Assembly (NCBI GenBank): GCA_913049555.1
Contig: CAJWYM010000002.1
Coordinates: 26,142-90,141 of the forward strand
DNA: 64,000 bases
Origin: an uncultured Opitutia bacterium
Lineage (GTDB): Bacteria > Verrucomicrobiota > Verrucomicrobiia > Opitutales > CAJWYM01
Direction of reading: 5' to 3'
Both the position numbers and the translations under genes were made by a program. This document shows, one piece after another, positions 10,586 to 19,547 of this stretch; positions within the stretch are counted from its first letter, which is position 1, and each line of letters starts with the position of its first letter. Below the pieces are notes generated by a model, which saw only the letters and a list, made by a program, of their open reading frames with translations, had not been told where the DNA came from and ran no database searches.

Positions 10586-11665
10586 TCAATTAAAACTATT
10601 CTTTCTTCGCTTTTTAACAGAATCGGAAAGTAATTTCATAATTTCCTCTGTCTGCTCTAGGCCAATGCAAGCATCTGTAATACTTTGACCATAGGTATTT
10701 TCTTTGTGGGTCTCATAATCCTGCCGACCTTCAACAATAAAACTTTCCAGCATGACTCCACAAATAAACGGTTGTCCGTTTTGGATTTGAAGCGCGAGAT
10801 CTTCAGCAACTTGCGCCTGTTTTTTAAAATCTTTTTGGCTATTACCGTGACTGCAATCAACAACGAGCTGTTGTGGTAAATTGTATTTTTTTAATAATTC
10901 CGTGGTTTGTTTTATGGAATCAGCGTCATAATTGGTTCCAGTTCTTGATCCACCTCGTAGGATTAAATGACCATCTGGGTTTCCAGTGGTTTGAAAGATG
11001 GCAGTCACCCCCTGACGGGTAACTGACGGGAACCAATGGGGAACTCGAGCAGACCTTACAGCATCCACAGCTATTTGAATATTCCCGCTTGTCCCATTTT
11101 TAAATCCAATCGGCATGGAAAGACCAGATGAAAGTTCTCGATGCACTTGACTCTCTGTGGTTCTCGCTCCGATTGCAGCCCAAGAAATTGTGTCTGCTAT
11201 ATATTGAGGGTGGATTGTATCCAAAAATTCAGCCGCAGTAGGGATTCCTAAATCACAGATTTCACAGAGCAACTTTCTTCCAATGCGAAGCCCTTGATTG
11301 ATTTCAAAACTTCCATCTATTTTTGGATCGTTCAACAATCCCTTCCAACCAACTACAGTTCTTGGTTTCTCGAAATAGGTCCTCATCAAGATCACTAATT
11401 CGCCTGCAAAACGATTCGCTAAGGGTTTCAGCCATTTAGCATATTCTAGAGCCGCCGCTGGATCGTGAATAGAACAAGGGCCACATACGAAGAGCAGACG
11501 ATCCTCTTTTCCATGGAGAATTTGAGAAGATTCTTTACGACCTTTTATCACGGTTTCATGACCATTTTCGCTCAATTCAATTTCTTCAAGAAGAATTGCG
11601 GGGGGTAAAAGAGGGCGAGTACCTGCGATTCTAGTGTCAATGTAGTTGGAGTTGTAATTATCCAT
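10586..11665 (-). CDS. aroG: 3-deoxy-7-phosphoheptulonate (DAHP) synthase, class I
   Basis: 359-aa ORF with GPCSIHD, KPRT..GWKGL.NDP, IGARTTESQVHRE and GFKNGT blocks of class I-alpha DAHP synthases. The isoenzyme (F/G/H) cannot be distinguished from sequence alone. Confidence 0.9.
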   Translation of the reverse strand: MDNYNSNYIDTRIAGTRPLLPPAILLEEIELSENGHETVIKGRKESSQILHGKEDRLLFVCGPCSIHDPAAALEYAKWLKPLANRFAGELVILMRTYFEKPRTVVGWKGLLNDPKIDGSFEINQGLRIGRKLLCEICDLGIPTAAEFLDTIHPQYIADTISWAAIGARTTESQVHRELSSGLSMPIGFKNGTSGNIQIAVDAVRSARVPHWFPSVTRQGVTAIFQTTGNPDGHLILRGGSRTGTNYDADSIKQTTELLKKYNLPQQLVVDCSHGNSQKDFKKQAQVAEDLALQIQNGQPFICGVMLESFIVEGRQDYETHKENTYGQSITDACIGLEQTEEIMKLLSDSVKKRRKNSFN

Positions 11666-12057
11666 ATTTAAATTCTAACTTAATTGGGAGATCCATTCTG
11701 TTTTATTGAATTTAGGTAACTCTAAGTTGGAACGGAGTTCAATTTATATTTTTAAGCCTGTTCGAAATCTTACTCCAGGATTGTCTGAAATCATTGAATA
11801 ATCAAGGAAAGGATAGGAAGATAGGAAATGAGCAATTTGAAATTTTTCCACTGAGACGCTCATTAATTTTACCCTTATGGATCGGGAAGTGTGGTTTTTC
11901 TAATCCTTAATTTGGTTTAAATAGCTTCTATAATCTCCCTGTAGAATCCTATTTCATATCCTAATTTTTAAAGGATCAAATTGAAGAGAAAATCATAAAT
12001 CAAAATGGGCGCGATCAGATCTAGTTTTAAAAAATGAAGTTTATTAGAAGCTCCAAT

Positions 12058-13521
12058 TTATCTGACATTAGCGACCCGTAAGACCTCTTCTACGCTTACC
12101 AATCCTGCTTTAATTTTCTTAATACCGTCGTCCATCAAGGTAGGAATAGATTTCTTTTTCATAACATTCAGTAAATCCACCTCCGTGATGGCTGGATGAA
12201 GAATTTGCAAAATGTCATTCGTAAGTGGAAGCACTTCAAAAAGTCCTATTCTCCCCTTAAACCCTCGAGAATCACAATATTTGCAACCTTTGGCATGGTA
12301 GGCCGTCGATCCCTCCAATTTCGCATCCCCTAACAAAACAGCTTCTTTTTTGCTTAGGGCTTTGGGTTTGTGGCACTTAGAGCATAATTTCCTCACTAAT
12401 CTCTGGGCTACGGCAAGTCTGAGCACAGAACTTATCAAATAAGGTTCCAAACCCATATTGATCAATCTGATAATAGAACTAGGAGCAGAATTGGTGTGCA
12501 GAGTGCTTAACACCAAGTGACCTGTCATGGATGCAGTCACAGCTATTTCAGCGGTTTCTTTATCTCTAATTTCCCCAATCATTATGACATCCGGGTCGTG
12601 TCTTAAAGAGCTCCTTAAAGCTTGTGGAAATGTGATTTTTTCAGAGTCAATTTGAACTTGGTTCACTCTTGGAAGATCTAATTCAACCGGGTCTTCAATT
12701 GTGATAATACTACTATCTTCTTTATCAGAAAGCCCTTTTAGAGCGGCATACAAGGTAGTGCTTTTCCCACTTCCAGTAGGACCAGTAATTAAAATCATTC
12801 CATGAGGTTGATTGAAATTCTGCTTGGCGATTTCCAAATGAGAGGGGATCATTCCCAAAGATTCCAAACTTAGATTTGAAATTTTTGCACCTAGAAATCG
12901 AAGAGTCATTTTTTCTCCATGCTTCGTTGGAATCGTTGCTGTTCTTATATCTACACTGAGACCATTGGATTTAAATGTGTGTCTTATATGACCATCTTGA
13001 GGGGATCTACGCTCCGATATATCCATATTGCCTTGGACTTTAAATCGGTTGATCAAAGAAACAAAGCTTTCGTTGGGCAATTCTTCAAAAATCTCCATAA
13101 TCCCTGCTACACGAAAGCGAACAAGGAAACTATTTTCGTCTGGATCAATATGAACATCGGAAGCTCTTCTTAAAATTGCGGAATCTAAGATACGATTTCC
13201 TAGTTCGATAGATTCTTCTAATCCTCCATAAGATTCAGATCGTATTAGGGATGGATTTTGCAAGCCTTTACCAAAAATATTTTGCAAAGCTTCCTGAAAA
13301 GATTCCTCATCTGCTAATTCAAGTTGAACGGACATCCCAGTTGTTTTTTCAACAGAGCGCAAACCGGAGAGATTGTTTGGATTTGGGGTTGCAACCAATA
13401 ATTTATCTTTAATAACAGTGAAGGGTAAAACCTGCTTCCTCCGTGCAACAATTGGAGTAATCTTAAGGGCCCATGCAGGATTGATTAGCACTTCCCTCAT
13501 ATCTAATCTCTCTTCATTCAC
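12058..13521 (-). CDS. pilB: PilB/GspE-family pilus/secretion extension ATPase
   Basis: 487-aa ORF. Contains Walker A GPTGSGKST, Asp box TIEDPVE, Walker B DPDVIMIGEIRD, His box TGHLVLSTLHTN, and the tetracysteine motif CSKC...CKYC. The start is GTG at 13519-13521, overlapping the upstream stop; an ATG 7 codons downstream is an alternative. Confidence 0.9.
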   Translation of the reverse strand: MNEERLDMREVLINPAWALKITPIVARRKQVLPFTVIKDKLLVATPNPNNLSGLRSVEKTTGMSVQLELADEESFQEALQNIFGKGLQNPSLIRSESYGGLEESIELGNRILDSAILRRASDVHIDPDENSFLVRFRVAGIMEIFEELPNESFVSLINRFKVQGNMDISERRSPQDGHIRHTFKSNGLSVDIRTATIPTKHGEKMTLRFLGAKISNLSLESLGMIPSHLEIAKQNFNQPHGMILITGPTGSGKSTTLYAALKGLSDKEDSSIITIEDPVELDLPRVNQVQIDSEKITFPQALRSSLRHDPDVIMIGEIRDKETAEIAVTASMTGHLVLSTLHTNSAPSSIIRLINMGLEPYLISSVLRLAVAQRLVRKLCSKCHKPKALSKKEAVLLGDAKLEGSTAYHAKGCKYCDSRGFKGRIGLFEVLPLTNDILQILHPAITEVDLLNVMKKKSIPTLMDDGIKKIKAGLVSVEEVLRVANVR

Positions 13522-14411
13522 TGAATAAACCTTTTCTTTAAAATATTTGTACGGATGGGATCTTTTATAATCAATTCCAAGGCATCTACTGTGATTGGAT
13601 CTTGGCAGGAAATGGAGTGGATTTCTTCATCACTGCATCTCAATAAAATTGCTAATGGTTGGTTGCTTATTTTGTTTAATACACGGACTGATTTCTTAAA
13701 TCTTTTCATAAGAAATAGGTGTCTTACGATTTGAAAAAAGATATAGAAAATCGAAGAAGCGCCTGCGAAATAAACCAAAGAGTCATTTATTGATTCTATA
13801 AAATGATTCAAAACACTGGAAATAAAATAAGAAAAACAGAGAACAATAAAAATCAAAGACTCTAAGGGTCTATGAAAAATCCCACCCCAAAACTGGATTC
13901 TTTTGTTTTTACATACCTGATAGGCCAATATTTCTTCATAGACAATGGAATGGAAAGAAACTCTAGAAGCATGGACGAATTCATGAGCAATGAGTTCCTC
14001 ACGGTTGTAAATAAACCACCGATTTTTATCCTTAAACTTTTCTTTAAGTGAAATAATAAAATTGATTGTGTCGAAGGATATAAATCGAGCCCCGGCAAAC
14101 AAACTCAGCAATTGATCCTCATAAAAAACGGGGGCCCATCCGATCTCAATCTCAAAAGTTTCTTTGATTAGAGCATTTGCTTTCTTGAGAACAAGAGCAG
14201 GAACTTTTTTTTCATTCAATTTTTTAGGAGTTAAATCAGGGGGTAAAAGATCTGAATAATTTTCCTCGGGATTTGAATTTACTAAGGCATGGACCCTCTG
14301 ATACCAATTCTCCTCTGTTTCGAGAGGGCTTTTAATAAATCCATTCGCATCCAATTCAGTTTCAATAAAACTGGAGCTCAAAGAATCATTCTGTTTTGTT
14401 TTGATCTCCAT
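13518..14411 (-). CDS. Unknown membrane protein with HExxH motif (putative Zn-metallopeptidase-like), pilus-operon embedded
   Basis: 297-aa ORF. HEFVH lies at aa 143-147 (13971-13985), followed by YEEILAY. Two hydrophobic helices are predicted (aa ~183-203 and ~212-232). It overlaps both neighbours. The start is uncertain: ATG 14411 has GGGAGG immediately adjacent, and TTG 14381 is an alternative. Confidence 0.6.
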   Translation of the reverse strand: MEIKTKQNDSLSSSFIETELDANGFIKSPLETEENWYQRVHALVNSNPEENYSDLLPPDLTPKKLNEKKVPALVLKKANALIKETFEIEIGWAPVFYEDQLLSLFAGARFISFDTINFIISLKEKFKDKNRWFIYNREELIAHEFVHASRVSFHSIVYEEILAYQVCKNKRIQFWGGIFHRPLESLIFIVLCFSYFISSVLNHFIESINDSLVYFAGASSIFYIFFQIVRHLFLMKRFKKSVRVLNKISNQPLAILLRCSDEEIHSISCQDPITVDALELIIKDPIRTNILKKRFIQ

Positions 14412-16131
14412 CCTCCCAGTTCAATCCAATATTATTGATAATATCTTCCAGCAACATTGGTTGCATGATTTCACCATTAATATATCGGTCTAATTGCATA
14501 TTTTGGCTGTCAATACTCTTGTTTCCATTGATATGGTAATGATGATTGGATAAACCATTCATCAACTTCTGAGTCATCAAATTCGCTTTCTCAGAATCAT
14601 CTACAATAAGCGGTCTTATCAATAGGATCAGTTCGGATTTTTTAACATCATCCCGGTCACTTCTGAACATTCCACCCAGAATCGGCACATCTCCTAATAC
14701 TGGGACTTTACTCGTGGACTCCGATCGCTCTGACCGGATTAATCCACCCATGGCGATTGTGAATCCATCCTTGGCAACAACAGTGGCCTTGATTTTTGCA
14801 GTATCTACAGAATCAATAGGAATTGTTTGCCCAGAGACAGTGATGCTATTATTTCCAGTCAAAAGGGTGCTGGATTCCTGTTCTACATAAAGTGTGACAG
14901 TCCTATCTTTATTAATTCTAGGAATAATAGAGAGGGTAGTGCCAATCGTTCTTTTCTCTGTTTGGGTATTCACCGTTTCATTAATGGTTCCGTTTTCTCC
15001 TGCTATATTGATGTCAGAGGAAGCACCCACAGTGATAATCCTTTCTTCTCCAACCTCTATTTCTGCCTTTCTGTTATTGGCAGCAATCAGAATTGGGGTA
15101 GCAATAATATCCACATTGTTGTTATTTGCTAACATTTCTACTCTAGCCTCAAAATCATTACTCAGATAACTGTAAATAAAATTAGAAGCTGCATTCGATG
15201 CGAGGTTGGATACTGAAAGTGAGGAGTTAATTTTATCATTGATTGCAAAATCAATCCCAACCGTGGAGGAATCACCGATGTCAAGTTCTAGAATTTTCAT
15301 TTCCAGTATCACCTGTGGTATTGGTTCATCCATTTGTTCAATCAAATTAACAATTTCATCTAAAGCCATAACATCTGTTGTTCGGACAATAATCATATTG
15401 TGCTCCACATTAGTAGTTAAAAATATAGAAGGCCCATTCTGTTCACTCAGTATATTAGGATTTTTGGAAGATCCAGCCTCTAATTTATAAAACGAGGAGG
15501 TGCGATTATTTTCCATGGCGAGCGCGTTTTCCCCCGAGATATTATTTTGATATTTATTATTGTTTTGAATCTGATTAGAAGATTGATTCGAGTTGTTATT
15601 GTTATTGTTGTTGTTGCTGTTATTGGATCCACTGCCACTATCTCCGCCTTTGGATCCGCCGCTCCCTCCGAGTTCTGAACTAAAATCAACAACTCCATCT
15701 TCCTCATGCAAAACTACTTGCTGATAATATAAAGATTCAATAGTCTTGGCTATCAGCGAGACATTTGCAGGTTCTACTCTAAAAATTTTTGTATAATAGG
15801 TGCCTTCTACTGTAGCATTGGTCTTATACTCATCCAGAGTCATAACCGTAAAAACTTCACTGTTAGAATCGAAGCGATAGACAAGACCGGCTGACTTGCA
15901 GACAAGTTTTAAGGCATCTATGGCTTCCATATCCCTTAAGAGAATATTGATTTTTTTATTACCGGATTTTTCAGTTGCAACGACATTGATTCGGCATAAC
16001 TCTGAAATCGCTCGAGTAGCTGTAGGGACATCACAATCCTTTAGGCTTAAATAAGTAATTTTGTCAGAATCTAATTTATTGGCCAATACTAGAAGCGGAA
16101 TAAAAAGAGTGAGTAGGATTAATAATTTCAT
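14386..16131 (-). CDS. Secretin (PilQ/GspD family) with a poly-Asn/Gly-Ser low-complexity linker
   Basis: 581-aa ORF with a signal peptide. The C-terminal secretin block is VPVLGDVPILGGMFRS...SELILLIRP. A low-complexity insert spans aa 154-197. Confidence 0.85.
   Translation of the reverse strand: MKLLILLTLFIPLLVLANKLDSDKITYLSLKDCDVPTATRAISELCRINVVATEKSGNKKINILLRDMEAIDALKLVCKSAGLVYRFDSNSEVFTVMTLDEYKTNATVEGTYYTKIFRVEPANVSLIAKTIESLYYQQVVLHEEDGVVDFSSELGGSGGSKGGDSGSGSNNSNNNNNNNNSNQSSNQIQNNNKYQNNISGENALAMENNRTSSFYKLEAGSSKNPNILSEQNGPSIFLTTNVEHNMIIVRTTDVMALDEIVNLIEQMDEPIPQVILEMKILELDIGDSSTVGIDFAINDKINSSLSVSNLASNAASNFIYSYLSNDFEARVEMLANNNNVDIIATPILIAANNRKAEIEVGEERIITVGASSDINIAGENGTINETVNTQTEKRTIGTTLSIIPRINKDRTVTLYVEQESSTLLTGNNSITVSGQTIPIDSVDTAKIKATVVAKDGFTIAMGGLIRSERSESTSKVPVLGDVPILGGMFRSDRDDVKKSELILLIRPLIVDDSEKANLMTQKLMNGLSNHHYHINGNKSIDSQNMQLDRYINGEIMQPMLLEDIINNIGLNWEDGDQNKTE
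15541..15672 (-). repeat. Low-complexity coding tract (GGSGGSKGGDSGSGS + poly-Asn) inside the secretin gene
   Basis: Runs of AAT/AAC and GGN/AGY codons visible as gttgttattgttattgttgttgttgctgttattgga on the + strand. Translates to SNNSNNNNNNNNSNQSSNQIQNNNKYQNN. Confidence 0.8.
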
Positions 16132-16132
16132 A

Positions 16133-16615
16133 TTATCTGAGTATGAATTTTGATCTTTGATCGATTACCACTAACATCCTAGTGTCTGTTATTTCTTTCA
16201 CATGCACCGGTGTAATTTTATAATCAGACCCTTGTATACTGAAGTAATCTTGTTCTTTAACCATAATAATCTCCCCTTGAGGCAATTCCAAATAGGCCAC
16301 TTTTTTCCCACTACTACTCGAACCCAATACTAAAACCTTAATTTTAATTAGATCATTGAATATTGGATTTTGCCCTTGATTGTTTTGAAGCGCATAAATG
16401 GGTATATTTACTTGTTGAACCATAGAATTAAATGGATCTCGAATCTCCACTTTCTCAATATTTTCTGAAGTTGAGGCATCCATAGATGGATCCAAATCTA
16501 AATTTTGTTCTTGAGAATAAACAACATTTTTTATCATTAAAAATGTTGCTAGAAAAAAGTAAAACGGGATTTCTTTTATCCTGCTTTCACGAATTTTAGA
16601 TAATTTTTTTTTCAT
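16133..16615 (-). CDS. PilP/GspC-like periplasmic pilus assembly protein
   Basis: 160-aa ORF with an N-terminal membrane anchor, an RDPF motif, and a C-terminal beta-rich segment. It lies directly upstream of the secretin with a 1-nt gap. The assignment rests on position plus one short motif. Confidence 0.5.
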   Translation of the reverse strand: MKKKLSKIRESRIKEIPFYFFLATFLMIKNVVYSQEQNLDLDPSMDASTSENIEKVEIRDPFNSMVQQVNIPIYALQNNQGQNPIFNDLIKIKVLVLGSSSSGKKVAYLELPQGEIIMVKEQDYFSIQGSDYKITPVHVKEITDTRMLVVIDQRSKFILR

Positions 16616-16616
16616 T

Positions 16617-17843
16617 TTATAAAGTTTTATAGACCGAAAGTAATGCCATAATCATGGCAATGTAGACAAAGGCTACAATGAAACCGACTGATAGTATCAA
16701 GATAGGACCAGTAAGATTGACGATGATCCCAATTATAGATTCTAGCTCTTTAGAATAGAAGCCCTTGAGTTCATTGAAAGAATCAGGCAAATTTCCTGAA
16801 TTTTCGCCAGCGCTGATAAGACTATAAACCGTTTGAGGAAAATAGGGAGAATCTATGGATTCTCTCAATTGAGCTCCAGCTAATAACTTGGGTCTGGCCC
16901 CAATGAATACATCCTTAATAATTTGAACTTGAACAATTTTAGATACAGAATCAATTGCTTGCAGAACATTGATCCCACTCTTCAACATGACTGACATAGA
17001 GCTAGCAAACTGAGACAGAACAGAGAGCGTAAGGGCTTTTCCTAAAAAGGGAATTGACAAGAGGATTCGTTCTTGGAGTCTCCTTGTTTTTTTATTCCTA
17101 AACATCAGCAGCATAGTTGTTATAAAGCCTGCAGTGCCTAAGGATAGAAAAACCCAATAATCAGTAAAAAAATGAGAGATATCGACTACGAGTTGAGTGA
17201 TAAATGGGAGAGATTTATTTAATTTGGATAAGATTTTTTCTTCTAGGATTGGAATGAAAAAGAAAACTAGGAATCCAATTACTATTAAAGACAAAGCAAA
17301 TACAATTGCTGGATAAATGAGAACTGTAAGAGTTTGTTTTTTTAAATCGTCCCAAAAAACCATTGTCTCTGCGACTCTCTCCAATGTGATAGCTAAGTCC
17401 CCACTTTGTTCGGCACTGCTAATAATTTCTATAGCTATAACAGGCAGTAATTGAGAACCATTCTTTAGAGATTGGGAAAAAGAAGAACCGCTCTGCAGGT
17501 CTTGGATAATTGAATTCAGCTTGTTCTGTAATTTTACTTTTTCAGATTCTTCCTCAATAATCCTTATAGATTCCATTAAGGTTAAGCCTGAACGGAGCAT
17601 GACGGACAATTGTCGCAGAAACATGATTTTATCTTTTGAGCGAATAGGCCACTTATTGGCTCTTTTTTTACGCTTATTACCAGAACTTCCTCCGAAACCG
17701 TCACGATCATTTTCTTCAACTTGTAAAACAATATTCCCAGTTTCTCTTAGTTTTCTAGCAGCAGCAGACTTATTTTCAGCCTCAATCGTTCCAGACTTTT
17801 TAGTCTGAGTGCGATCTTGAATTGTGTATTTAAAATCAGGCAT
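16617..17843 (-). CDS. pilC: PilC/GspF-family inner-membrane platform protein
   Basis: 408-aa ORF with duplicated T2SS-F repeats (ISSAEQSGDL and LISAGENSGNLP) and three hydrophobic segments. Confidence 0.9.
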   Translation of the reverse strand: MPDFKYTIQDRTQTKKSGTIEAENKSAAARKLRETGNIVLQVEENDRDGFGGSSGNKRKKRANKWPIRSKDKIMFLRQLSVMLRSGLTLMESIRIIEEESEKVKLQNKLNSIIQDLQSGSSFSQSLKNGSQLLPVIAIEIISSAEQSGDLAITLERVAETMVFWDDLKKQTLTVLIYPAIVFALSLIVIGFLVFFFIPILEEKILSKLNKSLPFITQLVVDISHFFTDYWVFLSLGTAGFITTMLLMFRNKKTRRLQERILLSIPFLGKALTLSVLSQFASSMSVMLKSGINVLQAIDSVSKIVQVQIIKDVFIGARPKLLAGAQLRESIDSPYFPQTVYSLISAGENSGNLPDSFNELKGFYSKELESIIGIIVNLTGPILILSVGFIVAFVYIAMIMALLSVYKTL

Positions 17844-17862
17844 GGCTAGGCGATCATCAATT

Positions 17863-18966
17863 TCATTTTAATAAAGAAGAAAAGCTTCTTGAATTTCTTT
17901 TAGAACCCAAAATATCCTCTAAAAGTCTACTATTTCTGCATTTTATCCTGCCCATTTCATAATCAATTTTTCCTTCCAAAATAAGTTTAGCCAATTCAAA
18001 ATCGATGCTTTGCATTCCAGATTTAGAACCCGTTTCTAAAACGCTGTAAATCTGGGTGAACTGATGGGTGTGAATTAAATTTTTTACTGCCGCATTGGAG
18101 CGTAGTATTTCTAATACCGGTATCCTCCCAGTTCCATTTTTTAAAGGCAAAAGGCTTTGAGCAACTACAGATTTAAGAACCATTGCCAATTGTCTCCTAG
18201 CGGATTCTTGCTCTTCTGCCGGATACATAGCAAGAATTCTATCCAATGCACCCACCGTATCACCAGAGTGAACGGTTGAGAACACTAAATGCCCGGTCTC
18301 TGCCGCAGTAACTGCCGCCCTAATGGTCGGAAGATCACGCATTTCTCCAACTAGAATAACATCAGGGTCCTCCCTCAGTGCATCCCTCAAAGATTCTGAA
18401 AAGCTTAAAACATCTGTTCCTAGCTCTCTCTGATGAACGAGAGATTTGCGATTCAAATGAACATATTCAATGGGATCCTCAATAGTTAGTATGTGGCAAG
18501 CGCGCGATTGATTGATAGAATCAATCAATGCAGCTAATGAGGTGCTTTTACCGCTTCCAGTAGGGCCTGAAAATAAGACCAAACCATCTTTGAGTTCCGT
18601 TAATTCTAATAATTTTTCTGGCAATCCTAAATCATCAAAACTTTGTATTTGGTCATTCAATCTGCGGACAGCAATTGCAATAAAACCTCTCTCTTTATAG
18701 AAGTTCAATCGAAACCTCGTGGATTGAAAAGAACATGCAGAATCTAAACAGTGATTTTTATGAAATTCTAATTTCATCTTCTCCGAGGTGATCCCATTGA
18801 ATAATTGATGGACATCCGCTTCGTTAAGAAAACGATCTTCAACAGCAACAATCTGACCATTTTTTCGGCCATGAATAAAAGAATTGGCGGTTATATGAAG
18901 GTCCGAAAAATCACTATCAATAGTGATTTTTAAAAGCTTAGAAAACTCTTCATTGATATTAAGCAT
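17863..18966 (-). CDS. pilT: PilT-type (retraction-class) hexameric ATPase
   Basis: 367-aa ORF lacking the long N-terminal domains of PilB. Contains GPTGSGKSTS, TIEDPIEY, DPDVILVGEMRD, TGHLVFSTVHS, and an AVKNLI box resembling the PilT AIRNLIRE motif. Confidence 0.8.
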   Translation of the reverse strand: MLNINEEFSKLLKITIDSDFSDLHITANSFIHGRKNGQIVAVEDRFLNEADVHQLFNGITSEKMKLEFHKNHCLDSACSFQSTRFRLNFYKERGFIAIAVRRLNDQIQSFDDLGLPEKLLELTELKDGLVLFSGPTGSGKSTSLAALIDSINQSRACHILTIEDPIEYVHLNRKSLVHQRELGTDVLSFSESLRDALREDPDVILVGEMRDLPTIRAAVTAAETGHLVFSTVHSGDTVGALDRILAMYPAEEQESARRQLAMVLKSVVAQSLLPLKNGTGRIPVLEILRSNAAVKNLIHTHQFTQIYSVLETGSKSGMQSIDFELAKLILEGKIDYEMGRIKCRNSRLLEDILGSKRNSRSFSSLLK

Positions 18967-19547
18967 TAGACCATAAAAGCAACTGAAATTTCAAGGGAGG
19001 AATCTTGAGATTTTTTGATTTCTAATTCCATAAATATCAAGTCATATTCTAAGATTTCAATAGAAGATAGAAATTGAAATAGATCTCTGTAATTTCCTCT
19101 TAGATTAAGGACATGGGTCTTTCTATCTTGAGGACTTTTTCTATGAGAAACCTTGTTTCCAGATTCAATTTTCGTGACAACCAAACGGTTGTTTCTTGCA
19201 ATCTTTACTAGATTTCCGATCAGAGCTTGAACGGCTCCACGATTGTTAAGGTCAATTAAATTTGGAGCATCAATCGTTGTATTCTTATTTAGTTTTTCCA
19301 AGTCTTTTTCAAGTCCTGCTAATTCCTCCTCCAATTTTTTGATGTTGGGAGCTTTGGGATCATTTTTAGTATAATTAAAGAGATAATTTTTATTTGCTGT
19401 AAGATCCTCGATTTCTTCTTCAAGATCTAAAATTTTAAGATTATAAATGGAATTTGTAATCCAATGAGTCAACAAACACAAAACAACCAGAATTAGGATT
19501 GTTAGACCGCCATATTTTTTATAGGTTTTAACCTCTTCCATGATCAT
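18966..19547 (-). CDS. PilO/GspM-like bitopic pilus assembly protein
   Basis: 193-aa ORF with one N-terminal TM helix (LTILILVVLCLLTHWI) followed by a coiled coil and a small C-terminal domain. Coupled to both neighbours (TAATG and ATGA). Assigned by architecture and position only. Confidence 0.5.
   Translation of the reverse strand: MIMEEVKTYKKYGGLTILILVVLCLLTHWITNSIYNLKILDLEEEIEDLTANKNYLFNYTKNDPKAPNIKKLEEELAGLEKDLEKLNKNTTIDAPNLIDLNNRGAVQALIGNLVKIARNNRLVVTKIESGNKVSHRKSPQDRKTHVLNLRGNYRDLFQFLSSIEILEYDLIFMELEIKKSQDSSLEISVAFMV

Noticed and set aside
14827-15707. Several 75-101-aa ORFs on both strands inside the secretin gene
   Set aside because: They overlap a gene with a clear secretin C-terminal signature. 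They arise from low-complexity repeat codons and have no independent support.
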